DNA of 42,712 nucleotides from Gemmatimonadaceae bacterium (GCA_040901985.1 JBBDYC010000018.1:1-42712), one strand, 5' to 3'. Shown: positions 18,518 through 29,589, counted from the stretch's first letter. Notes: generated by a model not told the origin, from the letters alone. Numbers and translations: made by a program.

Positions 18518-19336
18518 ATGCAGGATCTCTCCGTCTGGCAGGCGTTCGTCCTCGGCACCCTGCAGGGGCTGACGGAGTTCCTTCCCGTGTCGAGCTCGGC
18601 GCACCTGTCGCTGACCCCGTGGGTCCTTGGTTGGGAGCCGGCCGGGCTCGGTTTCGACGTCGCGCTGCACCTGGGGACGCTGGTGGCGCTGCTATGGTAT
18701 TTCCGCGCCGAGTGGGCGCTCCTCGCGGGCGGTGCGGTCACCCTCGCGCGGAACGGACGGCCGGTGGACGATCCGTCGCGCCGCGCGCTCCTCATCGTCA
18801 TCGCGACGATCCCCGCCGGGATCGCCGGGCTCCTGCTCGGGGACCTGGCAGAGACCGCGTTTCGCGCGCCGATCGTCACGGCGATCGCCCTCATCGTGAT
18901 GGGCGCGCTCCTCTGGCTGGTGGATGCCAAGGCGCCGCGCGATCGCGCGCGCGAGACGATGACCTGGCGCGACGCGCTCCTCGTCGGGATCGCGCAGTGC
19001 CTGGCGCTGGTGCCCGGCGTGTCGCGGTCGGGTGCGACGATCACGGCGGGGCGCGCGCTCGGCTTCGACCGCTCGGGGGCCGCCGTCTTCAGCTTCCTGA
19101 TGTCCGCGCCGATCATCCTGGCGGCGGCGCTGTTCAAGGTCCCGGCGGCGGTCCGCGAGACGGGCATCACGCTCCCACTCCTGGTCGGTGTCACGGCAGC
19201 GGCATTGTCGAGCTGGCTCGCGATCGCGATCCTGCTGCGCTATGTCTCGAGGCGCAGCTATGGCATCTTCGCGGTGTACCGGTTTGCCCTCGGCGCGCTC
19301 ATCCTCGGCCTGATCGCCACGCGGGGGGGATGGTGA
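18518..19336 (+). CDS. uppP: Undecaprenyl-diphosphate phosphatase
   Basis: QGLTEFLPVSSSAHL, PGVSRSGATI, FSFLMS; multiple TM spans. Confidence 0.95.
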   Translation: MQDLSVWQAFVLGTLQGLTEFLPVSSSAHLSLTPWVLGWEPAGLGFDVALHLGTLVALLWYFRAEWALLAGGAVTLARNGRPVDDPSRRALLIVIATIPAGIAGLLLGDLAETAFRAPIVTAIALIVMGALLWLVDAKAPRDRARETMTWRDALLVGIAQCLALVPGVSRSGATITAGRALGFDRSGAAVFSFLMSAPIILAAALFKVPAAVRETGITLPLLVGVTAAALSSWLAIAILLRYVSRRSYGIFAVYRFALGALILGLIATRGGW

Positions 19337-20058
19337 CCTGGTTCGGGCACGACGGCGGCGCTTTGGCGCGGGCCCTCGACCTCCCGCGAGTCATTGCGCT
19401 GCGGCAAGTGGATTCGACGATGGACGCCGCCCACGCCGCCGCCGCCGAGGGCGCGCCGGCAGGGACGCTGGTGCTCGCCGAGGAGCAGCGCGTCGGCCGC
19501 GGGCGCGGCGGCAAGGCGTGGGCGGCGGCGCCGCGCGCCGGCCTCTGGCTCACGCTCGTCGAGCGGCCGGCGAGTGACGACGGCCTCGACGTCCTCTCGC
19601 TCCGCATTGGCCTTCGCCTGGCGGACGTGCTGGAGCGATGGGCGGCGCCCATCCGGCTCAAGTGGCCCAACGACGTGTACGTGGACGGGAAGAAGCTCGC
19701 CGGCGTGCTCGTCGAGGCGCGGTGGCGGCGCACGCGGTGCGAGTGGGTCGCCGTCGGGCTGGGGATCAACCTTGGACGAGCGACCTTCCCGGGCTCGGCG
19801 ACCCTTGGCGATGCGGATCCCGGCGCCGTCCTCGGCGAGGTCATCCCCGCGCTCCGCACGGCGGCGTTCGCCCACGGTCCGCTCCGCGACGACGAACTTG
19901 TCGCCTTTGCGGCGCGCGACCTGGCGCTCGGCTGCGCGCTCTCGGCGCCCGCCGTTGGCACCGCCCGCGGCATCGCCCCCACCGGCGAACTCCTCGTCGA
20001 GACCGCCGCCGGCGTCACCCCCTACCGCGCGGGTTCGCTCGTGCTCGCCCACACCTGA
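19330..20058 (+). CDS. birA: Biotin--[acetyl-CoA carboxylase] ligase lacking an N-terminal HTH
   Basis: DSTMD, EEQRVGRGRGGKAW, KWPND, KKLAGVL. Start ATG 19330 or GTG 19333. Confidence 0.9.
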   Translation: MVTWFGHDGGALARALDLPRVIALRQVDSTMDAAHAAAAEGAPAGTLVLAEEQRVGRGRGGKAWAAAPRAGLWLTLVERPASDDGLDVLSLRIGLRLADVLERWAAPIRLKWPNDVYVDGKKLAGVLVEARWRRTRCEWVAVGLGINLGRATFPGSATLGDADPGAVLGEVIPALRTAAFAHGPLRDDELVAFAARDLALGCALSAPAVGTARGIAPTGELLVETAAGVTPYRAGSLVLAHT

Positions 20059-20069
20059 GGGACCACTCA

Positions 20070-20849
20070 ATGCTGCTCGTCGTGGATGTCGGAAACACCG
20101 AGACGACCGTCGGCCTCGCCGAGGGCGCGGCGATCCGTGCGCACTGGCGCGTGACCACCGACGCGGCGCGCACGCGCGACGAGGTCTACTTACTCCTGCG
20201 CAGCCTCCTCGCCTCGGCCGACATCGCGCCCTCGGCGGTCACCGGCTCGGCGATCGGCTCGGTCGTGCCGTCGGTCACCGGCGCATTGGTGGACGCTGCG
20301 GCGCGCCTTGGCGGGAGCGCGCCGATCGTCGTGGATGCCCGGTCGCCACTCGGCATCACGCTCGCCGTGGACGAGCCGCTGACCGTCGGCGCCGACCGCA
20401 TCATTAACACGCTCGCGGCGAGCCGGATGTACCGGGCCGACTGCATCGTGGTGGACCTCGGCACGGCGACGACCTACGACTGCATTACCGCGGACGGGGT
20501 CTTCCTCGGCGGGGTGATCCAGCCCGGGGTGCGGACCTCGGCCGAAACCCTCTTTCGGCGGACGTCCAAGCTGCCGGCGACGGAGCTCGTGGCGCCGGAG
20601 AAGGTGATTGGCACGCGGACCGAGGAGTGCATGCGCGCGGGGGTGGTCTTCGGCGCCGCGGACGCGGTGGACGGCATCGTCCGGCGGATCAAGAAGGAGT
20701 GGCCGCGTCCGGGGACCCCGAAGGTCATCGCGACCGGAGGGCTGGCCGAGGTCATCAAGCCGCATTGCACGGAGATTGAGATGATCGAGGCGGACCTGAC
20801 GCTTCAGGGGTTGCGGATGGCGCACGAGGTCCTGTCGCGGGGCCGGTAG
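20070..20849 (+). CDS. coaX: Type III pantothenate kinase
   Basis: [41 protein letters not shown]. Start ATG 20070. Confidence 0.95.
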   Translation: MLLVVDVGNTETTVGLAEGAAIRAHWRVTTDAARTRDEVYLLLRSLLASADIAPSAVTGSAIGSVVPSVTGALVDAAARLGGSAPIVVDARSPLGITLAVDEPLTVGADRIINTLAASRMYRADCIVVDLGTATTYDCITADGVFLGGVIQPGVRTSAETLFRRTSKLPATELVAPEKVIGTRTEECMRAGVVFGAADAVDGIVRRIKKEWPRPGTPKVIATGGLAEVIKPHCTEIEMIEADLTLQGLRMAHEVLSRGR

Positions 20850-20914
20850 CCGCCCCGGATGGTGCACAGCCTAACCCTTTATTGCATAATAATTTACAGC
20901 TTTGTGGCGACCGG

Positions 20915-20943
20915 TTGACTGCCGGGCCGCTCTCGCATATCAT
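20915..20943 (+). promoter_or_regulatory. Sigma70-type promoter of groES-groEL
   Basis: TTGACT (20915-20920), 17-bp spacer, TATCAT (20938-20943); AT-rich tract upstream at 20872-20896. Confidence 0.8.
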
Positions 20944-20951
20944 ACGTGCTG

Positions 20952-20978
20952 TTAGCACTCTCCCGCGTCGAGTGCCAA
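20952..20978 (+). promoter_or_regulatory. CIRCE element (HrcA operator)
   Basis: TTAGCACTC-N9-GAGTGCCAA, one mismatch from consensus TTAGCACTC-N9-GAGTGCTAA, just downstream of the groES promoter. Confidence 0.93.
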
Positions 20979-21022
20979 GGCGCGTGGACCAAATCCAACA
21001 TCCAGCAGGAGGACCGATACAC

Positions 21023-23006
<1,984 letters not shown>

Positions 23007-23037
23007 CGCGACAGGTGTGAGGGAAAACGTGAGAGGG

Positions 23038-23070
23038 AGGCGCCGGTCGCTTTGCGACCGGCGCCTTTCT
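23038..23070 (+). terminator. Intrinsic terminator after groEL (probably shared with the convergent gene)
   Basis: 13-bp perfect stem AGGCGCCGGTCGC-ttt-GCGACCGGCGCCT followed by TTCT. Confidence 0.8.
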
Positions 23071-23080
23071 GCGTCCTCCC

Positions 23081-23710
23081 CTACTTCTGCGGGAGGAGCT
23101 GCTCGGCCTTCGCCACCGAGTCAATCTGTCCGACCACGCTCTGGATCAGCCCGGTGCCGATGTGGTACACCCACCCGTGCAGCATCGGGCGCGTGCCCGT
23201 GGCCCAGGCGTCGAGGATGACCGGGATGCGCGAGAGCATCCCGACCTGCTGAAGCACGTTCAGTTCGGAGAGCCGCGCCAGCCGTGCCGCCGGGTCGGCA
23301 ATCGCGTCGAGTTCCGCCGCGTGCCAGCGGATGGTGTTCCGGATGTCGCTCAGCCAGTGGTCCACGACGCCGTTGCTCGCCGGCCCCAGCGCCGCCTGGA
23401 GCGCGCCGCAGTTCGAGTGCCCGCAGACGATCACGTGCGGCACGTGGAGCACGTGGACGGCGTAGTGCAACACCGAGAGCACGTTCAGGTCGGTGCTCCA
23501 GACCTGGTTCCCGATGTTCCGGTGGACGAACATCTCCCCCGGCTTGGCGCCAGTCATCCCCTCGCTCGTGACCCGGCTGTCCGAGCAGCCGAGGAACAGG
23601 AAGTGCGGCTGCTGGCTTGCCTCGGTGCTGCTGAAGAACTCCGGGTCAGCCTGGAGCATCTCGGCCGCCCAGCGGCGGTTGTTCGCGAAGAGCCGTTCAA
23701 TCGTATCCAC
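23081..23710 (-). CDS. can: Beta-class carbonic anhydrase
   Basis: GCSDSRV, GEMFVHRNIGN, CGHSNCGA, ELNV, HGWVY. Start reassigned to GTG 23710 (MDTIERLFANN). Confidence 0.92.
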   Translation of the reverse strand: MDTIERLFANNRRWAAEMLQADPEFFSSTEASQQPHFLFLGCSDSRVTSEGMTGAKPGEMFVHRNIGNQVWSTDLNVLSVLHYAVHVLHVPHVIVCGHSNCGALQAALGPASNGVVDHWLSDIRNTIRWHAAELDAIADPAARLARLSELNVLQQVGMLSRIPVILDAWATGTRPMLHGWVYHIGTGLIQSVVGQIDSVAKAEQLLPQK

Positions 23711-23783
23711 TCGTCGTTCCCGGTCGGAGGTCACTGGTCGGGTCGCCGGCGCGGGCACGGCCAGCGCCCCGATGGTGGGGAAG

Positions 23784-24611
23784 CTACAAGGCGAGCGCAA
23801 GTTGGCCGACGGCGCGCATCGCATCGCCGGCGCCACCGAAGACGGCGGCCGGCGCTCGGCCGGGTGCCGCGCGCACGACGCCGCGACATCCCGCCCGGCG
23901 CACGGTCGCCGTCACCGCCGCCTCGGCCATCGCCGGCGTGTTGTTCGTCTCGCTCAGGTGCAGGAGCACCACGTGGCGCAGGCCGCGGTGGGCGAGCGAC
24001 GCCACCAGCGTACCGGTGGTGGCGTTGTCGAGGTGTCCGCGGCCGCCGCGGATGCGCGCCTGGAGCGCCGGCGGGTACGGGCCGGTGCGCAACATCTCGC
24101 GGTCGTGGTTCGCCTCGATGCAGAGGGCGTCGCAGCGCGCGAACAGCGCCGGAAGCGCGTCGGGGACCGCGCCGAGGTCGTGGGCGATCCCCACGCGCTC
24201 ACCGGTGGCGGTCGCCGTGATCGCGTAGGCCAGCGGGGCGCGCGCGTCGTGCGGCACAGCCACGCCCTCGAGTTGGAAGGCCCCGGTGTCGGCCCTCGCG
24301 CTGGCCATCGCGCCGGCCGTCAGCGGCCGGCGCCAGCGTGCCTCAATCTTCGGGAGCGCCGCGAGTGTCCCCGCCGACGCATAGACGGGCCAGCGCCACT
24401 TGTGCTGGGCGCGCGCCGCGCCGTCGGCGTGGTCCTGGTGCTCGTGCGTGAGCACGAGCCCCTCGATTGCCTCCGGATCCACCCCGATCAGCTGCAGGCG
24501 CTTGGCGAGCGTGCGCGGGCCGAAGCCGCAGTCCACGAGGAGGTAGTGGCCCGCGCTCTCGAGGACCAGCGCGTTGCCGCGACTTCCGCTGCCCAGCGTC
24601 CAGCCTCTCAC
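23784..24611 (-). CDS. MBL-fold metallo-hydrolase (YycJ/WalJ-like)
   Basis: LGSGSRGN, VDCG, THEHQDH, VPHDA, EANHD, GHLDN, LHLSETNNTP. True start GTG 24611 overlaps the upstream stop. Confidence 0.88.
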   Translation of the reverse strand: MRGWTLGSGSRGNALVLESAGHYLLVDCGFGPRTLAKRLQLIGVDPEAIEGLVLTHEHQDHADGAARAQHKWRWPVYASAGTLAALPKIEARWRRPLTAGAMASARADTGAFQLEGVAVPHDARAPLAYAITATATGERVGIAHDLGAVPDALPALFARCDALCIEANHDREMLRTGPYPPALQARIRGGRGHLDNATTGTLVASLAHRGLRHVVLLHLSETNNTPAMAEAAVTATVRRAGCRGVVRAAPGRAPAAVFGGAGDAMRAVGQLALAL

Positions 24612-25804
24612 GAGGCCCAGCGCGCCGCGAACACGGCGCTCAGATAGGTCCGGTCCCGATCGCTCAGGGCGACGCCGCGCCGCGCCATCACCCGCTCGGC
24701 GACGGTCAGGAACTTCTCCAGCGCGAAGGTGCCCCACGGCTCGCCATCGCCCCAGGCGAACGGCGGCACGACCTTCGGGGGCATGCGTGTACCGAACACG
24801 TTCGCCGCCGCGCCGACGACGCACCCGGTGGTGAGCCGCGTCCCGATGCCGGTCTTGGCGTGGTCGCCGATGAGGGCGCCGAGGAACTGCATCCCGGTGG
24901 CCCGCATTCCGGCGGGCGTCCAGCACGCCACCTCGCCGTACGAGTTCTTCAGGTTGCTGGTGATGGTGCCCGCGCCGAGGTTCGCCCAGCGGCCAATCAC
25001 CGAGTGGCCGACGAAGCCGTCGTGGCCCTTGTTGGCGTGGCCAATCACGATTGTCACGCTCAGCTCGCCGGCGACCTTCGCCAGCGGGCCGATGCTGCTC
25101 GCCGCGATCCGCCCGCCGACAATCGTCGCGCCCTCGCCGACAACGCAGGGGCCGACGAGCCGCGTGAACGCCTGTACCGTCGCGCCGCGTCGAATGAGCA
25201 CCGGCCCGGCGGTGGTGTCGGCGACGACGAAGGGCTCCACGGTCGCGCCCGGCTCGACGTGCGCAGGATGGTCGCCGAACGCCGTCAGCGCCCCGCAATC
25301 GGCCGCCGACGCGCCGATCAGCGCCGTCGCGTCCGCCACGAGCATCTCCGGCAGGAGGCGTACGAGGTCCCAGGCGGCGTCGAGCCACCAGCCGTCCACG
25401 TCGGTCGCCGCACCGCTCGTCAGGCTGTCGAGCGTCGTCAGGCCGTCGGCGAGGGTCTTCACGTCCAGCGGCGCGCCGATCCGAACCGCCGCCACGCGCC
25501 CTGCGCAGCGGATGGCGTTCGCCTGCTTCGGGACTGTCAACGCGCGGAGCACCGGCGCACAGCGCGTGTTGACAAGCCAGGTGCCGGCGGCGAGCGTCCC
25601 CCTCGCCACCGGCGGCGCGTCGAACTCCTGGAACGACGCCAGGTGCGACGCACCGACGAACCCGCCGCACGTCTGCCCAAGCGCGCGGGCCCAGCGCTCC
25701 CGCACGAGGTCGGCCCCCGCGCGCAGTTCGCCGGCCGGCCGCGACAGCGCGAACGGCTCGAACCCGCGCGCCGTGGCATCGTCGTAGAGCACGAACGCCG
25801 TCAT
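24608..25804 (-). CDS. GlmU-related putative sugar nucleotidyl/acyl-transferase with left-handed beta-helix
   Basis: N-terminal PFALSRPAGELRAG; hexapeptide region with NKGHDGFVGHSVIGRWANLGAGTITSNLKN and GALIGDHAKTGIG. Confidence 0.82.
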   Translation of the reverse strand: MTAFVLYDDATARGFEPFALSRPAGELRAGADLVRERWARALGQTCGGFVGASHLASFQEFDAPPVARGTLAAGTWLVNTRCAPVLRALTVPKQANAIRCAGRVAAVRIGAPLDVKTLADGLTTLDSLTSGAATDVDGWWLDAAWDLVRLLPEMLVADATALIGASAADCGALTAFGDHPAHVEPGATVEPFVVADTTAGPVLIRRGATVQAFTRLVGPCVVGEGATIVGGRIAASSIGPLAKVAGELSVTIVIGHANKGHDGFVGHSVIGRWANLGAGTITSNLKNSYGEVACWTPAGMRATGMQFLGALIGDHAKTGIGTRLTTGCVVGAAANVFGTRMPPKVVPPFAWGDGEPWGTFALEKFLTVAERVMARRGVALSDRDRTYLSAVFAARWAS

Positions 25805-26850
25805 ACCGCCCCCACAACGTCGGCGGGCAGCGCGTCGAGCAGCGCCTTGAGGTCATCCGAGCGCTCCACGGTGGTCACCAGGGTCATCCCCTCGCGGACG
25901 ATCACCACGAGGTCGCGGACGCCGTAGAGCACCACCTGTGAGCCCTCGGCGTGGACGACGTTGTCGTGCGCGTCCACGAGATGGGTCCGGCCGTGGGCCG
26001 CGTTCCCGGCGGCGTCGCGCGTGCGGATCCGGCGGAGCGCGCCCCAGGTGCCGACGTCGTCCCACCCGAACGCACCGGCCACGACGATCACGCGGCGACT
26101 GCGCTCAAGGACGCCGACGTCCACGCTCACCGGCTGGGTCACCGCGGCAAAGAAGTCGTGCGCGGTGGAACTCGGGGTGACGGTGGCCAGCGCCGCCGAC
26201 AGCTCCGGCGTGAGCGCGGCGGCCTCGCTGAGGTAGTCGGCGGCGCGCCAGGCGAAAATCCCCGAGTTCCAGAGCGCGCCGGCGGCCACGAGATCCACGG
26301 CGCGCGCGACGTCGGGCTTCTCGATGAAGCGCTCCACCGCGCGCGCGTCCGCGCCGGCCGGTGCGCCGGGCGCGATGTAGCCGAGGCCGGGGTTCGGGGA
26401 CGTGGGCACGATGCCGACGGTGGCGAGCGAGCGCTCGCGAATCGCCGCGCGCGCGGTCGCCGCCAGCGTGTCGCGAAAGGCGGCCTCGTCGGCAATCGCC
26501 CAATCGGCGTGGACCGAGAGCAGCGCGGCCTCGGCGCCGCCGCGGCGCGCGACCTCCACGGACGCCCAGGCGAGCGCGCCCGCCGTCCCAATCGGGCGCG
26601 GCTCCTCGAGGATCTGGTCGGCGGCAAGGCGGGGCAGGAGGCGTCGGATCGCCGGCACCAGGGCGGCGCTCGTCAGCACCAGGATGTGCGCCGCGCCGAC
26701 CAACGGCTCGAGCCGACGCACCGTGTCCTCGAGCATCGAGGTCTCGCCGATGAGCGGGAGCAGCTGCTTGGGGCGGCTCGGCGTGCTCAGCGGCCAGAAA
26801 CGCGACCCGACGCCGCCGGCGAGGACGACGGCGTAGAGCGGCGCCGTCAC
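25801..26850 (-). CDS. manC: Mannose-1-phosphate guanylyltransferase-like (no cupin isomerase domain)
   Basis: LAGGVGSRFWPLS..PKQLL, EPRPIGTA, GLGYI, FIEKP, WNSGIF, WDDVGTW. Confidence 0.88.
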   Translation of the reverse strand: MTAPLYAVVLAGGVGSRFWPLSTPSRPKQLLPLIGETSMLEDTVRRLEPLVGAAHILVLTSAALVPAIRRLLPRLAADQILEEPRPIGTAGALAWASVEVARRGGAEAALLSVHADWAIADEAAFRDTLAATARAAIRERSLATVGIVPTSPNPGLGYIAPGAPAGADARAVERFIEKPDVARAVDLVAAGALWNSGIFAWRAADYLSEAAALTPELSAALATVTPSSTAHDFFAAVTQPVSVDVGVLERSRRVIVVAGAFGWDDVGTWGALRRIRTRDAAGNAAHGRTHLVDAHDNVVHAEGSQVVLYGVRDLVVIVREGMTLVTTVERSDDLKALLDALPADVVGAV

Positions 26851-27251
26851 CGCTGGGCGCCTTCGACCAGTTCGGTCACGCGGGCGAGCAGGCGTTTCGG
26901 GCTGAACGGTTTCGTCATGAATTCGTCCGCGCCGCGGCGGCGGGCGTCCACCTCCTGGTGGTCCTGCCCGGCGGCGGTCAAGATCAGGCAGGGCAGGGTC
27001 CGCCAGCGGTCGTCGGCGCGGACCCGGTCGAGGACCTCGAGCCCGGACACTCGCGGCATCATCAGGTCGAGGATCAGCAGTCCGGTCTCGGGACGCCGCT
27101 CCAGCGCATCGAGCGCATCGGCGCCGTCGTAGACGAGGTCCACGTCGAACGGTCCCTGCTCGAGCTTGGTCTTGATGATGCGCCCAATGTGCGGTTCGTC
27201 GTCGGCGACGAGGATCCGGGTGCGGGGGACGGGAAGCGGCGAGGCCGTCAC
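26847..27251 (-). CDS. Single-domain response regulator (receiver only)
   Basis: ILVADDE, LILDLMMP (phospho-Asp), LTAAG, KPFSP; ends right after the receiver fold. Start reassigned to GTG 27251. Confidence 0.9.
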   Translation of the reverse strand: MTASPLPVPRTRILVADDEPHIGRIIKTKLEQGPFDVDLVYDGADALDALERRPETGLLILDLMMPRVSGLEVLDRVRADDRWRTLPCLILTAAGQDHQEVDARRRGADEFMTKPFSPKRLLARVTELVEGAQR

Positions 27252-27264
27252 GTTCGGCCGACGA

Positions 27265-27618
27265 TCAGACGAGCGCGGCGAGGCTCGCGCGATGGCGGCG
27301 CAGGTCGTAGACCAGCGCGCCGACGTTGGCCTCCGGCCGGAGGAGGACGAGCAACACGACATCGGCCGACATCGCGGCGAGTACCGCCACGCCGCGCTCG
27401 TGCTCGTGGACTGCCGTCTGCAGTCCGCCGAGGCCGCCGGCGGCGCCGAGTTCGTCGCAGAACTGGACGATCGAGGGGACGTGCGCCGCCACCTGCTCCC
27501 CGTCGAAGCCGGCGTTCGCGTCCACATCAATCAGCAGGCCGTCGCGCCCGAGGACGACGGCGGCGTCGACGCCGTCGAACTGGCGGACGGTCGCGACGAG
27601 ATCTCGGATGGTCGGCAC
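27265..27618 (-). CDS. Roadblock/LC7 (MglB-like) domain protein
   Basis: 117 aa; GVDAAVVLGRDGLLID, LGGLQTAVHEHERG, ANVGALVYDLRR fit the roadblock pattern; GGAG SD upstream. Confidence 0.82.
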   Translation of the reverse strand: MPTIRDLVATVRQFDGVDAAVVLGRDGLLIDVDANAGFDGEQVAAHVPSIVQFCDELGAAGGLGGLQTAVHEHERGVAVLAAMSADVVLLVLLRPEANVGALVYDLRRHRASLAALV

Positions 27619-27642
27619 CGTCGCTCCGGGAAAGGTTGTCGA

Positions 27643-27670
27643 AGTGTACGTCCAGGGGGGGCTAAGTCAA
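27643..27670 (-). promoter_or_regulatory. Sigma70-type promoter of the roadblock operon
   Basis: Minus strand TTGACT (27670-27665), 16-bp spacer containing C7, TACACT (27648-27643). Confidence 0.7.
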
Positions 27671-27681
27671 GCGCGGGTCGC

Positions 27682-27711
27682 TTGATGCGCGGCCTGTCCG
27701 CCCGTTAGCTT
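27682..27711 (+). promoter_or_regulatory. Putative promoter of the lipoprotein-serS operon (leaderless geometry)
   Basis: TTGATG (27682-27687), 18-bp spacer, TAGCTT (27706-27711), GTG start 6 nt later. Confidence 0.5.
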
Positions 27712-27717
27712 GCATGG

Positions 27718-28311
27718 GTGAAGACCACCGCCCACATCCGCCCGTTCGCGTGGCGCGCCGTTCGCGCCGCCGCCGCCCTTGTCGTCGTCGGCGCGGTCGC
27801 CTGCGAGGATCCCTTCAAGCCCACCGCCGAGTTCTCGACCGTCGAGACGACGTTCGAAATCTGGGCGCTCACCGGATCCCCGACCGCCTTCCCCTCGGTG
27901 CTACTGGTGCCGCAGCGCCTCGTCGTCCGGCCCGACGCGGCGGGATCGTTCGACCTCGGCTTCGACATTGACCCCTCAGGCCGACTGCTCGTGCTGCCGG
28001 TCACGAAGGTCGTCCAGGCGCTGGCGGGGCCACGGCAAATCGGCATCATCCGCGCGACCGACGCCTACGCAGACATCACCGCGGCGCCGACGAGGGGCTG
28101 GGTGTTGGACTCGACCTTCACCTTCGACGTCGGCGAGTCGTTCATCGTCCGGGTCCAGACCCTGTTCTGCTCCGGCACCTTCTTCAGCGAGGTCTACGCC
28201 AAGTACCAGGTGGACTCGATCTTTCCGACGGAACGGCGGATCAAGCTGACCGGGCGCGTCAATCCCAACTGCGGCTTCCGCTCGTTCGCCACCGGCGTGC
28301 CGACGTTCTGA
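27718..28311 (+). CDS. Hypothetical lipoprotein
   Basis: Basic N-terminus, hydrophobic AAAALVVVG, lipobox-like AVAC then EDPF; beta-rich body with two more Cys. Confidence 0.8.
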   Translation: MKTTAHIRPFAWRAVRAAAALVVVGAVACEDPFKPTAEFSTVETTFEIWALTGSPTAFPSVLLVPQRLVVRPDAAGSFDLGFDIDPSGRLLVLPVTKVVQALAGPRQIGIIRATDAYADITAAPTRGWVLDSTFTFDVGESFIVRVQTLFCSGTFFSEVYAKYQVDSIFPTERRIKLTGRVNPNCGFRSFATGVPTF

Positions 28312-28314
28312 CCC

Positions 28315-29589
28315 GTGCACGACCTCCGGCTGGTCCGTGATGGGGTCGGCCAGTTGCGCGAGGGCATGCGCCGTCGCGGCAGGCTCGAGGCGCTCGGGCC
28401 GCTGATTGACGAGGCGGAGACGCTCGACCGCGCGCGGCGGCAGGCCATCACGCAGATGGAGGAGCGCAAGGCGCAGCGCAATCGCGTCACGCAGGAGGTC
28501 GGCAAGCGGAAGAAGGCGGGGCAGGACGCCGCCGCGCTGATGGACGAGGCGCGCGGCCTCGGCGAGGCGATCGCCGCCGACGAGGCGAGCCTTGCCGCCA
28601 CCGAGGCGCGGCTCACCGACGTCCTGCTCGGCCTGCCCAACTTGACGCTCGATGACGTCCCGGTGGGCGACGAGACAGCGAACGTCATCGTGCGCGCGTG
28701 GGGCGAGCCACGCGCGGCCGCCGGCGTCGTGCCGCACTGGGACGTGGGCGAGCGGCTCGGCCTGATTGACCTGCCGCGTGGCGCGAAGGTCTCCGGGTCG
28801 GGGTTCATCGTGTATCGCGGCGCCGGGGCGCGCCTGGTGCGCTCGCTGATGAACCTGATGCTCGACCTCCACACCACGGAGTTCGGCTACGAGGAACTAT
28901 GGGTACCGGTCGTGGTGAATCGGATGACGATGACCGGCACTGGCCAACTGCCCAAGTTCGAGGACGATATGTACGCGTTGAAGGATGAGGACCTCTTCCT
29001 CATCCCGACCGCCGAGGTGCCGGTCACGAACCTCTACCGCGACGAGATCCTCGCCGCCGAGGACCTGCCGCGCAGCTTCTGCGCCTACTCGCCCTGCTTC
29101 CGCCGCGAGGCCGGCGCGGCGGGGAAGGACACCCGCGGCCTCCTTCGCGTCCACGAGTTCGACAAGGTGGAGCTCGTCCGCTACTGCGCCCCGGAGCAGG
29201 GCGAGGCCGAGTTGCAACTGCTGCTCGGCCACGCGGAGGCGGTGCTCAAGGCGCTCGGCCTGCCGTACCGCGTGGTCCTGTTGGCGGCGGGGGACACCGG
29301 TTTTGCGAGCGCCAAGACGTACGACCTCGAGGTCTTCGCCCCCGGCGTGGACAGGTGGCTCGAGGTCTCGTCGTGTTCGCACTTCACGGACTTCCAGGCG
29401 CGTCGCGCGAACATTCGCTATCGGCCGGCCGCGGGCGAGAAGCCGCGCTTCGTGCACACGCTCAACGGCTCCGGCCTCGCCTTCCCCCGCATCATCGCGG
29501 CGCTGCTCGAGCACTACCAACAAGCCGACGGCAGCGTGCGCATCCCGCCGGCGCTCGCGCGCTGGCTCGGCGTGGATCGCCTCGGGTGA
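28315..29589 (+). CDS. serS: Serine--tRNA ligase
   Basis: GTGQLPKF, LIPTAEVP, FRREAG, GLLRVHEFDKVE, EVSSCS, HTLNGSGLA. Confidence 0.98.
   Translation: MHDLRLVRDGVGQLREGMRRRGRLEALGPLIDEAETLDRARRQAITQMEERKAQRNRVTQEVGKRKKAGQDAAALMDEARGLGEAIAADEASLAATEARLTDVLLGLPNLTLDDVPVGDETANVIVRAWGEPRAAAGVVPHWDVGERLGLIDLPRGAKVSGSGFIVYRGAGARLVRSLMNLMLDLHTTEFGYEELWVPVVVNRMTMTGTGQLPKFEDDMYALKDEDLFLIPTAEVPVTNLYRDEILAAEDLPRSFCAYSPCFRREAGAAGKDTRGLLRVHEFDKVELVRYCAPEQGEAELQLLLGHAEAVLKALGLPYRVVLLAAGDTGFASAKTYDLEVFAPGVDRWLEVSSCSHFTDFQARRANIRYRPAAGEKPRFVHTLNGSGLAFPRIIAALLEHYQQADGSVRIPPALARWLGVDRLG

Noticed and set aside
20872..20900. AT-rich tract considered as a dif site or replication-origin element
   Set aside because: No match to the XerD arm (TTATGTTAAAT) and no DnaA boxes nearby; its position fits a promoter-upstream element.
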